This document shows, one piece after another, positions 14,531 to 26,403 of a DNA stretch of 64,000 bases. Made by a program: the position numbers and the translations under genes. Each line of letters starts with the position of its first letter. The first letter of the stretch is position 1. The notes under the pieces were generated by a model, which did no database searches, was not told the DNA's origin, and saw nothing but the letters and a program-made list of their open reading frames with translations. This stretch comes from Eledone cirrhosa (Eukaryota): NCBI GenBank assembly GCA_964016885.1, contig OZ024742.1, positions 140,864,001 through 140,928,000 on the forward strand, in the 5' to 3' direction.

Positions 14531-15839
14531 GTGTTTGTGTAGGTGTGTCATATACTGCAAACATCTTCATATCAACACTTTTTAATGCAAATCTATAACA
14601 TTTATTTATGCCCTCTATATAAAATACTTCCTACAGTGTAGGTGTTTTACAACCAGCAGTATATTTTATTCTTAAAATAAAGTATGAAGTACCACCAGGA
14701 AGATTTTCCAGTTGCAGAAGACAAAAAACTGCCTCAAAAAGTTTCATCCAACCCATGCAAGCAGGGAAAAGCAGATGTAAAAATGATGATGATGATAATG
14801 AAGATGTACTATGAGATGAAGGAGAGGGTAACATTTCAGAGATGGGTCCTTCATGAGAGTTAATTTCTAGTCTTTACTTCATCTCTCAATACACAAACAC
14901 ACCTTTAGTTTCTGTTTCCAATCTTATTCTTGCTGTTCAGTCTACAAGTAGTCTACTAGATGAACTGAGTGTCTAAACCTATTTAGTTATGACTTCGTCA
15001 ATTTCCATGCTTTTAAAAAATGGAAAGAATAAAAATATGAGGGAAAACATATTTTACTTAAATTCTTTATTGTGAATACTATCACTGATCACATAAACAC
15101 TAATGGAGTTGTTGTGGTACTCCAGGTTTGATCAAAGTCAATTTTTTTAGAGAGAGGAATCAACACCAGTACTAGACTGGTACTTTATCAACCTCAAAAA
15201 GATGAATAGTTAGCCTAAGCAGGATTTGTATACAGAGCACAGGGAGCCAGACTGAATACTGAAAAGCATTCGATCTGATACCTTATGAATTTTGTTTCTT
15301 CCATTCATTTTTGCCTTTGGAGATATCAGGAAGAAAGAACCATCATTCTGTGGCAAGATGGGAGACCTGTACAGGCATGATGCTTTGGGATGTCATGGTT
15401 TCTTTGATGCCATCAATCCACATCTTCCTAGATCAGCCACTGGCCTTGTAACTTGACATCTTTGTGATTTACTCACAATAGGCTGGCTGGCTGGCTGGTT
15501 GGGTGGCTTTCTTGTAACATTCCAGAGCCATCACACTTTAGTAGTGGCTTTTATATTGCTAAAAGTAATTACAGAAGAAAGATGCTAAATGAATATCATA
15601 ATATTCCACTTCCAAATTATTAACTAACTAACAAACAAAACTTTTAGCTAGCTTCCCAGGTTGTTACTAATAGCTAATATTCAAAACATTAGGCTAAACT
15701 GACATTTTTGACTAGCTAGTTGCTGTATGACCATCTATTTATTCTATACTTATTGATTTCCATTAATAAAAAAGGTTTCTTTATTCACTGTGGGAGAACT
15801 ATATCATCATCATTATTTCCCATCTGCTTTCATTGCTAG

Positions 15840-15841
<2 letters not shown>

Positions 15842-15922
<81 letters not shown>

Positions 15923-15923
15923 T
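15842..15923. repeat. (TA)n-(GATA)n microsatellite
   Basis: Direct inspection. Confidence 0.9.
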
Positions 15924-16671
15924 ACTATAAATTATGTCCATAGAATCATTTGATAAAATATATACACTATTTCCTCTCCCAATTAGCATAATCAACCACA
16001 CAAAAAAACAATTAAACCAGGCTATAAACTTAAAAGGCACCTATGAAGAAATAATAGATAAATAAACAACAACCATCTATTCGCGATCAACAGCTATAGA
16101 ATATTTACCCAGCATTTCAATACCACATGGAAATCGATTAAATATATTGTCAACCATACACAATTAGGTATAAAATTAAAGTTAGAAGAAAAAATGTATA
16201 TATATTTATTTATTTATTTATTTCCAACAACAAATTTAGTCATAGATTTCTGCATTTTCTACACTATTAGTTTCAGATATGCTTTGCTTCTTGTTTTTCT
16301 TTCTGTGGGAGTATGAAACAGTAATAACATTTGTTTTTCACTGCTTCTGACCATTTTTAGGTTTACCAGCTGGAAATGTGAGTGCAGCATACTCTTTAAA
16401 TAAGCATGATCACTATAGGCAAGTGAATCTGATTAAAAAGTGTAATGTAGGGGAAATTTAAAAATAAATAAAGGAACATTAAGGAGGCTTTATAGTAAGT
16501 AATATCTATTTAGCAGGTCTGATTACAAAGTATGCTGTTTACATATTGAGTGGGTGGTAAAGGAATTCTTGAGTAGAAACCTTTCAGTGGTTTACCAATG
16601 CAAGTAACCCTCAGTGCATTTACAGACAGACATAAAAGCTAAATAACTGAAATGTAATAATATAAAATACT

Positions 16672-16923
16672 TTAACCCTTTCGTTTTATTTCTATATCAC
16701 TGCATAGGGTGATGAAAGAATTTTGAAAATAATCAAAAATTTAGAGAGCTTTAGTAATATAACTAACTTTCTCATTATTTATTCAGTGTTTGGAGCATAA
16801 CTTAAAGGGTTTAACATAAAATTACGATGGAAGGTTTTTAGATAAAATGCATACTTTGAAATAAACTGCTTTGTATCATATAGCCAGGTGTAGTTTCAGG
16901 TTATTTAGTATCAACAGGGTCAA
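16672..16923. mobile_element. piggyBac-type MITE, family A
   Basis: TTAA-CCCTTTCG...tatcaacagggtcaa. Confidence 0.7.
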
Positions 16924-18196
16924 ATAAATAAAATAAATAAATATAATCCCGTATATATTTTCACAGATATATTAATTAGGAAGATATGAATAAAAAAAAT
17001 ATAAAGAGTTAATAATTATTTAAAGTTTTGATATCTAATTGTGAAGTAATTATCTTTTATCAGCTAAATTAAAAGAAGCATTGAAATGTATTGTATATTC
17101 ATTGACATTTTTTTCTTTGTTCTCCCAAAAAAAAATTTTAGGCTTCAAATGAATAATTGTAATTTGTCTATTGTAATAAAGACAGTATTTATTATTCCTT
17201 TTATTACAATATGTATGTGTGTGTGCAGTTGCATGTGTGTGTGTGTGTGTGCATGAGCATAAATACACACACACAAGGACAAGTTAGCCAAGCAAACAAG
17301 ACTATCCACTCTGTTCTAAACTATTACATTTGTTTTTATCCAGGATAACTTTATTAATTCCAGAATCAGAGATTATTATATAAACAGATAGTAATCTCTA
17401 ATTCTGAAACCAAGAAAGTTATTATAATTACACATTGTATAATTTACTTAGTTTTCTAAACATTAATTTAAAATAACTTAATATTACTGTTTACAATTAT
17501 CTGAATAGTAATAAAAAAAAAAAAAAGGCAGAATATAGTTATAATACTATGAAACTTTTAAAACACTGTGACTTATCAGTAAATGGTATTTTTCAACCTG
17601 TGGCATTTGAGATATTCAGTGGGAGCTGGGTTGCTGAGGTTTTTGTCATTGTTTGGAGGTTTACCTTACTGAAGTGGTGCTCATGAGAGTATGTTGCTAT
17701 TCCAGCATCTTAGCCTTGCTATCACCCACGGCAATAGGTGCCAGTGCCTTTACTTTCTTCAAAAATTAATTTCTATTACTTATTTGTTTGCTTTTTGTTT
17801 TTTGTTTTTTCTTGTAAATCATATTCATTATAAAAATTGTGTTTATATGTACAAGATGTTTTTAAAAATAAAGCTTAGATGATGGCTTGTTCAGTTATAA
17901 TATTTCATACTAAGTTTTCAAGGATATCAATTACAAATTTATATACTGCTTCATATTAACTGGGTGAAATAGATGAATAACTGTAATGTCATTATAACAA
18001 ATGTGCTACCTTTTTTTCCTTCCTTCTCTTTAACTGCTTTCACAAGTTCCTAATGTTGGAAACTAAGAGTATATTAAAAACGTGTGTATATTTTTAAAGT
18101 CGAAATTACACAGAAATAATAACAGTTCCAATAGGGAAAGTGTAGTTGGATTTAACTAATTTTCATTGTTTATTTTATCATAAGTTTAGTAATAAT

Positions 18197-18291
18197 TGTT
18201 TCTACTTTTGGCACAAGGCCATCAATTACACAGTACATTACTGGTACTTTATTTTATCGACCCCGTAAGGATGAAAGGCAAAGTTAACCTC
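18197..18291 (-). mobile_element. Headless SINE copy with TSD
   Basis: TSD ttagtaataat at 18186-18196 and 18292-18302; element starts GAGGTTAAC on the - strand. Confidence 0.85.
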
Positions 18292-18646
18292 TTAGTAATA
18301 ATAGGGTGCTAGAAGGCAAGAGATATCTAACAAGGGATGATGCGTCAGCTGTGGGATGAAAGGAAGTATAAGCTTTCAACAGGAGGATGTTTTATAACCA
18401 TAATACTAATAATAAATATGTTAATGAGAGCTACAAGCATGAACAAGCACTGAAATTTTTAGCATAAATAATATTATCAAACTATCTATTAAAGAACGCA
18501 CAAAACAATAAATGATTGACTATTATAACCACACCTGTAATATATATATATATATATATATGAAAAAATTCAGGACCCCGACACCTGAGCTCCGGTTGTT
18601 TTGACGGTGGGTTATGATCTACCTGGTTTTTACCACACCCTATCTG

Positions 18647-18679
<33 letters not shown>

Positions 18680-18966
18680 AAGCACTGCATGAGAAGTATA
18701 TGACGGGAAGTTAAAAATGGTTTTGTTTTCAACATCACCATAAACATATACCACCAGCATGAGTAGAATCCTAGTATATGAGAATGCTACTACAATTTAG
18801 TAGTGCCTGTCACATGGATCATCATCAGCATTGACTGTTGCAGCATCCAAGGCCATTAATGTGTCCCTGGCTTGCACTATGTTTGGTCTGCTTAGTTAGA
18901 CCATATTTCTCTATTTCTCACTTAGTTTCTCTCTCTATTTCTCTACTGCTCTCTTTTATTTTATTT

Positions 18967-18971
<5 letters not shown>

Positions 18972-19022
<51 letters not shown>

Positions 19023-19040
19023 CCACTGCTATCATTACAG
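18972..19040 (+). promoter_or_regulatory. (CT)n tract ending in a probable 3' splice site upstream of the SLC10 start codon
   Basis: Long (CT)n pyrimidine run followed by atcattacAG|G at 19040; could also act as a GAGA-type element. Confidence 0.45.
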
Positions 19041-19186
19041 GGATCAGCAGCAGCAGTAGTTAGTAGCTGGATAGCAGCAGTAGTTATAAGAGTTGCAGGC
19101 AGTGGGGGGTAAGTTTTAGAGAAGCGAGAGGACAGGATAAGAACTACAGCCATATGTATGGGCACTAGCAACGTGGTTTGTCAAGC

Positions 19187-19600
19187 ATGGACATAACAGC
19201 AACTTATGTCCCTCGGGCAGAGAGTATCAACCTAACCTCTGTGGAGTTACTTTTAGAGGTAGGTAGTGGCGGTGCAGGGGTGCTCTCACCAGCTGCTGCA
19301 GCAGCAGCAGCTTCCATGGACAGAATGACAACTACCACTATCTTCAGTACGTCTGGGCTCCACACATCTCAGGTACAAGCTATTTCCGTTGGTTCCCAGA
19401 AAAATGTTCCTCACCTGGCATCTGTCATCAGGAAGTCACGAGTTTCTGATATTGTCTTTGATTATTGTATTGCTGCTGTTGGCATTATTATTACCTTTGG
19501 ACTTGGAGCCATCACAGATGTGGCTAGTCTCAAACATCAGTTAAAGTATCCTGTGCCTCTAGTTATCGGATTTATTGTACAGTTTTTGTTAAACCCTTTG
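19187..19600 (+). CDS. SLC10-family (sodium/bile acid cotransporter-like) gene, coding exon 1 of 3
   Basis: ATG in strong context (agcATGg) with in-frame TAG upstream at 19166. Encodes MDITATYVPR...IIITFGLGA...LKYPVPLVIGFIVQFLLNPL, matching the SLC10 TM1-TM3 pattern (xGLG...P.....G...QF..xPL). Ends at a GTAAGT donor (19601), phase 0. Confidence 0.9.
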
Positions 19601-19982
19601 GTAAGTGACAGACTTATTACTACTTAACTATTTTAAACATTATTATTCAAATCATTTTATGTTGTGTTACACCCTCCTACCCCACTCTCTCTCTCTCTCA
19701 TTCTTTCTTTCCTGTTAATTCAGAAAATAAAAGATAAAATAAAAATTATGCACATGTTTATTATTATTATTATCATTATTATTGTTATTATTATCATTCC
19801 ATTCGAATGTCAACATATCTCAGAGAAACGAAATTACAATGTGATCTAAAACATTTTACATTAACACCCTTGTAGTAATGAAGGAATACTAATGAAACAC
19901 ATCTATCAGATTGTATTTACAAAAGCTATATTATATGATGATGCTTTCAACTGAATGAAACAGCAATAGTCCTGTAGAAGTA

Positions 19983-20027
19983 ATATATATATATATATAT
20001 ATGTATGTATATATATATATGTATATA

Positions 20028-20076
<49 letters not shown>

Positions 20077-20349
20077 GTGTGTATATATATATATGTGTAT
20101 ATATATATATATGTGTATATATATATATATGTATATATATATGTGTGTATATATATATATGTGTATATATATATATATGTGTATATATATATATATGTGT
20201 ATATATATATATATGTGTATATATATATATATGTATGTATATATATATATATGTATGTATATATATATATATGTGTATATATATATATGTGTATATATAT
20301 ATATATGTATGTATATATATATATATGTATGTATATATATATATGTATG

Positions 20350-20442
<93 letters not shown>

Positions 20443-20489
20443 GTGTGTATATATATATATATGTATGTATATATATATATATATGTATG

Positions 20490-20520
<31 letters not shown>

Positions 20521-20525
20521 GTATG

Positions 20526-20564
<39 letters not shown>

Positions 20565-20724
20565 GTATGTATATATATATATGTATGTATATATGTATGT
20601 ATATATATATGTATGTATGTATATATATATATATGTATGTATATATATATATATATGTATGTATGTATATATATATATTTATTAAAATAACAGATTAAAG
20701 TTTATTCAAATTTATTATTATTAC

Positions 20725-20798
<74 letters not shown>
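19983..20798. repeat. Very long compound (TA)n/(TATG)n microsatellite
   Basis: ~700 bp of TA interrupted by TG, plus a second pure (TA)n run to 20798. Confidence 0.95.
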
Positions 20799-20800
<2 letters not shown>

Positions 20801-21089
20801 AGGCACATGGCTTAGTGGTTAGAGCATTGGCCTTGCAATCGAAAGGTTGTGAGTTCAATTCTCAGACCGGGTGATGTGTTGTTTCCTTGAGCAAGACACT
20901 TTATTTCACATTGCTCCAGTTAACCACTGCAAAGTGGTCTTGGAGGTGCCACAGCAAAAAAGCACCCACCACTCACTGTAAATGAGGTTGGTGTTAGGAA
21001 GGGCATCCTGCTGTAGAAATCAAGCCAGAATCAGTTCCCGTCCCACCCTTGCAAGCAGGGAAAAGCGAACGTAAAATGAAATGATGATG
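20799..21089 (+). mobile_element. tRNA-derived SINE with CORE-like centre and RTE-type tail
   Basis: A box TGGCTTAGTGG, B box GTTCAATTC, ccttgagcaagacactt centre, tail gcaagcagggaaaagcgaacgtaaaatgaaatgatgatg. Confidence 0.85.
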
Positions 21090-21117
21090 TATATATATAT
21101 ATATGTATATATATATG

Positions 21118-21148
<31 letters not shown>

Positions 21149-21531
21149 GTATGTATGTATATATCCGGGAGAGATGACCCCTTAGCCTTCTAGGAGAAGG
21201 AAAACTCTGATATAACACCTGCAACCCTGATGGTATCCAATGATGTTGACTTGTTCTTCTTTTTGGTAAATATCATCTTGGTTAAGAGAGTGGGACTGGC
21301 TTTGTGCAGTGCCTTTGCTCACTATAAAAGCTTCACGGCACAGGCATTGCTTTATATCTGGAGATCTCTCTGCACTTGTCGTCACATGGTACCATGGGCC
21401 CAGTGTAGTGTTTGTACCAGAGTTTTCAAGTCACTTGTTCAACGCATCGGTAGGGGTTCTCCTACATGGATATAAAGTAGTGGCCGTACTCGAAAACGAG
21501 TTGGCAGCCACCATGTATATATATATATATG

Positions 21532-21599
<68 letters not shown>

Positions 21600-22929
21600 A
21601 TATAGAGTATTATGTTTACATATTTGGAAGATATTTCAATTTGTTTGGGACAACACAGTGAAACAAGATCTATTTTTAAATATATAATTAAATAATTTCT
21701 ATTATTACACAAAAATTCAATGGAATATTTTAAATAACACAATCCACTTCGTTACCAATATATATTAAAAGTCTAGTTTTATCCCTGGGCATATTATTAT
21801 TTTTGAAACTTCATATATATTATTCATATATTATTCATAATAACTATTTCATATATATATACATACACACACACACACAGATATATATATATATATGTGC
21901 ACGTGCATATACATGTGTGTATATTATTGCTATGGTAGTAAACGCTTTATAGGATATACAATTTGAAAAGTTTGAGAAAGTAGTGTTATGAAACATTTTA
22001 TCAAAACTTTCCCCCAAATTAAAGATGTGTCACCTTCCATAATCAAACTGATGATAGGTATCAAATAATGAATATATTTTTCATTAACTGTGTTATATAT
22101 CATTTAACAAAGAATATAAAAATATTGTTAGACAGGTGTTCTTAAGGAAATACTATTTAATATATATTGAAAAACATTTAACTTCAACAAGTACAAAATA
22201 CATTTTGAATGAAGAATTTTGACACCATCCTATTTTTAGATTCACTTATAATAACAATACCTAGAGTCTAGGCATTATATTTTTTTAATGTAAAGCACTA
22301 TAATCTGTGTATGTGTGTGTGTGCATGAGTATTTGTGAACGTTTGTGTTTACAAACGAAGAAGAGTACTCAATAAATATCAAAGTGTTTATATTTTATTA
22401 GAAGCTGTATATATATATATATGTGTCTGTCTGTGTATGTGTATGTAAATGTGTGTGTTTATGTGTGTGTGTATAATTGTATATATACATGCACTTGGTA
22501 GCACACAGAAATGTATGTAAACGAAATGCAAGCTCACATTCATCTGGGAGGTCAGTAGCTCCGCCTAAGAACTGGTCTGTGACGACCTGCCCAACCTTTG
22601 ATAGCAGGGAAAGCATATGTAAAATGAAAATAATGTGTCTATGTGTGCATGCATGTATCTGTATCCCTGCATATTGTAAGAATTGACTAAAAGGGTTGGC
22701 ATCAGGAAAAACATTTAACTAAGATATTGTGTCAAAAAGTCCAGTACAGAAAAGCAGATGCAAAAACGATAATTATGACACAAACACTCACACACGCATA
22801 CATTCACACATACACACACAAACAAACACACCATTGCTAATGTCTTTGCTGCTGCCAATTGCTAGTGGTTATAAATGTCCTTTAGTCTCTCACTGTTATT
22901 TAACCACCACCCTCCAGACATTTCATTGA

Positions 22930-23345
22930 TAGGCTATGAATGTCTATAACATTAATTTTATGTCTAATTTTTTTTCTAGATTTCTCTTTATGGTGTCCTC
23001 ATAGCATAGGTAAAGTTGATCATGTTTTCTTAGCTCTTCAAGTAGCTCTAAGTGCCAGAGACAGGGACATTCAGGTACATGCCCCAACCAATACAGATTT
23101 TTCTTGATGATTATATCTTCCATACTTAGTAATCCTGCTTTCTTTAGTTTCTTACTGTTGTTAACTATGCATCTCCAGGAGATGTTTATAACTGAGCACA
23201 GGTGCCTCATCATGAAGTCATGAAATTTCTTTACTTCACACCTGCACAATATCCAGGTTCTGGCACCATACAAAAGTATAGAAAGAACAACTGCTCTGTA
23301 GATCTTTGACATGATTTTGGTGGGAAATGCAATCATTGTTCCATA
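22930..23345 (-). mobile_element. RTE-clade LINE fragment
   Basis: ORF 22944-23336: KIYRAVVLSILLYGARTW ... INISWR ... WLGHV. Confidence 0.75.
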
Positions 23346-23829
23346 ACCCTAAATGTCGTTGTTTGAATAGCATGCTAACTTTTGCCATCCTCATTTGTAG
23401 TTCAGTGTAGCAGTATCTTCAATTCAGGATCATTAGGATCATTGTTAATCTATAAAGGATTAAATAACCGAACAGATAATCCCTTTGAACCAACTACAGT
23501 CAATCATAGAGAAAATATGTCAGCTGACTTAAGTGCTGATTTCTATTTTATATTGAAAATGTGTTACTGATATTGTAAATAGCTGTAACATTACAAATAC
23601 CTGATACTGATATGGAAGATGATAAACAAATTATTTGGGTTATGTTGCATTATAAGCCATGTGTATATTAACAGATATAAAGCATGTTAGTAAATAATGG
23701 TTAGATGGAGTTACTATGTTGCTAAAGCACAAATAAATTTATTCCACCTGCCACCACATAAATGAAACTTAAAAGTCAGTTCGCCTCATGGCCCCAGCGA
23801 GGGAGATTTAGAATTTTTCATTTTTAAAA

Positions 23830-24240
23830 AGTGACATGTGAAAGATTCTATCTGTGGAAGGTTGTGCAGGAGTATGGGATCGATAAACAGCTTCTTTTCA
23901 CCCTAATGTCTCTATATGAATGCCTGAGTATTTGTGTTTGGTTAAATAGTGCTAAATCAAAACCATTCAAAGAGGAAGCTGGACTCCACAAAGGGTGCAT
24001 ACTGTCACTTCTCCTGTTCATAATCTTCATGAACTGGATTGACATGTGCAGCCAGATTGGAAGTGATGTCATGATCTGTGGGTGTAGGATTAGTCGGATG
24101 GAATTTGCAGACAGCATGGTATTACTTAACTCATCAGGTGATCTCTGACATCCATTTTATAGGGTTGATGATAAGTGCTGCACAGCTGGAATTAAAGTCA
24201 GTGCTATGAGACTAAGAGACTCATCCTCTCAAGGAAACCT
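23830..24240 (+). mobile_element. RTE-like reverse transcriptase fragment
   Basis: GLHKGCILSLLLFIIFMNWID ... MEFADSMVLL (degenerate QG..LSP.LF and FADD motifs). Confidence 0.7.
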
Positions 24241-25312
24241 ATGCATTACACTCCACATGCTCATACAGATCTGTATTTTGGCATGCTTTCAATGGCTGGA
24301 TACCCTTCCTAATATCAATCGTTTTACAGAGAGTACAGTGTGTTTTTTTTATTGTGGCACCAACTTTACTGGTTGTACTAAGTACATTTTATCAAGGCAC
24401 CAACACTACCACTTTACAGGTCACCTTAGTATTGTGGTCTATGCAGTTGTCTGCTATACAACTGAGGATCAAATCATTTAAAAAATGGTATGAATTATCA
24501 AGTTGCAAATCATCATCAACTGTAAAGAAAGAAAATACTTTTAGGGTAAACAAACTTAAGAGCCACATAATGTATTTATGTTCAAATGTAAATAAGTATT
24601 TCTCAAATTATTTTGCAATCTTTCTCAATTATATAATATAAAAACCAATCTTTTCTTTCATTACCATACTTCTAATGAAAGGCACTGCCAATGATTTTCA
24701 ACTAATTTTGAAAATAATCAAGAATTTGGAGGGAGTTAATAATATAACTAACTTTATCCTTATTAAACTGGTGTTTGAATCATAATTTAATAAAGGTTCT
24801 TAAATAAAATTATGATGGAAAGTTTTGAAATAAATATACACATTTTTAAACAAACAGTTTAATATTGTAGAACCAGAGGCAGTTTCAGGTAGTTAAGTGT
24901 TAAGAATTGAAATAAAATATACTAATTAAAATAAAATACACTAAAAATCATTCAAATATATTTCTGGGCAGTGTTAATCTGATTTAGAAATAATCGGTTT
25001 AATGCTCATTCCACCTAAACCACACCATACAGCAGTAAGCATTGATCAACATTTTTAAATTTAATTGATTGACTTTTGTTTTCATCAGAAAACATATTCA
25101 ATATTGCATAGACTACGTTCAACAAATTTTGTGTAGTTTCCTCAAAATTCCTCCATTTAATTATTTTTATGTGATAATTTGCTTTAATTACCAAATGCCT
25201 CACTGATTTACTGCTGGAAAAAGAGCAATGACTAATAAGTAAACATAACAGCTGAATATTTTAGATAAGGAAAGCTGATTTTCAAATGTTCTCAGGTGTA
25301 TAGAACAATCAT

Positions 25313-26403
25313 TGGGTTGAATGTGGAACCTGTGACATCTCTGTCTGCCTTCAATGTGCCACAGGCTTCCGGAAGATCCCAGGCCAAAACAAGAAACATC
25401 ATATTGCATGATGGATAGACTCTGGGAGATGGTCCAGCTAACAAATTGGTCCTTTCAGTGCCTGGACTGTATGCCTGCCTCTACCATTGCTGCAGAACAA
25501 CAACAACAAAAACCGAAGATCGTGTCTTCCTCTACCATTGTTCCCGAACAACAACAACAAAAACCGAAGATTGTGTCTTTCTCTACCATTGTTCCTGAAC
25601 AACAGCAAAAACCAACGACCGTAGCTTCTGCTACTTCCCCCATTGAAGGACTTCATCAACAACAGCAACCCATGTCTTCCTCCCCCGTTACTTTTCAACA
25701 ACAACCGACGACTATGTCTTCTCCTACCATTGAAGGAGAACAACAACAACAAAAATCAACCGTGAATACGGAGTTTGAAGAAATATGGCAAATGATTTCC
25801 GCTTTAAGCCGAGAAATAGCGGGAATAAAAGCAAGCGTTCATGTAGAACCCCACAATGAGGGATCTTACTGGAGTGCCTTGTTAAAAAATCTCCGCGTAC
25901 CTCATGTTGAACCTAGACGCATTGCGAATGCCACTGAATCTGCAAACCACGAAGTGATTGCCATTGGTGTACCAGAAGACATAGTTGATCTTCAGGCATT
26001 TGCTGCCAGTTCATTCAAAGACTTGGGCTGTGCTCCCGCAAAGGGTGCTCTACGCCTTGGCCGACCAGGCCCGAAACCCAGGCTAATTAGACTGTCATTT
26101 TCGAACTCAACCGAGGCATGTTCATACCTTGTAGCCTCTGATAAAGCTAGGCATGAAAGTCGGATTGCTTTCCGAACACGCCCTGGTCTTCCACCTGATG
26201 TCCGCCCAAAGTTGCGTGCTGCAGCTTCCTTAAACTGCAGCTCGGCATAACATGAAAGCTTCAGCCTACATGATGATTGGCAGATATGGAACTTTGTTAA
26301 GGCTGGTTAAACATGGAAAAGAGATACCAGCTGGTCTGAAAACACTGTACCCACAATACAAGAAACTGACAATAAAGAAACTGAAAAAACTCTGGGAAAC
26401 TAA
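25313..26403 (+). pseudogene. CR1 ORF1: degenerate PHD finger, Gln-rich repeats, coiled coil, RRM-like domain
   Basis: WVECGTC..C..C (frameshifted near 25365) ... WSFQCLDC; EFEEIWQMISALSREIAGIK; EVIAIGVPE; RLGRPGPKPRLIRLSF. Premature TAA at 26248 and 26308; probable true stop TAA at 26401. Confidence 0.7.
25480..25760 (+). repeat. 51-bp coding tandem repeat in CR1 ORF1 (STIVPEQQQQKPKIVSS)
   Basis: tctaccattg recurs at 25480, 25531 and 25582, followed by degenerate units. Confidence 0.8.

Noticed and set aside
16080-16140. TCGCGA and ATCGAT motifs as a promoter
   Set aside because: Two short motifs are insufficient without transcript evidence.
19178-19627. ORF-track boundaries for the first SLC10 segment (TTG start, stop 19627) and GTG start at 61113
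   Set aside because: The gene is spliced: true limits are ATG 19187 to donor 19600 and acceptor 61027.
20001-20698. Three long ORFs (221-229 aa) of Y/I/C/V/M
   Set aside because: Translation of a (TA/TG)n microsatellite that lacks stop codons; the same applies to ORFs at 10468-11152, 30773-31333 and 54496-54949.
20799-20872. Possible tRNA gene
   Set aside because: A and B boxes are present but the acceptor stem is poor and the sequence continues into a SINE body; same for 36170-36246 and 41170-41244.
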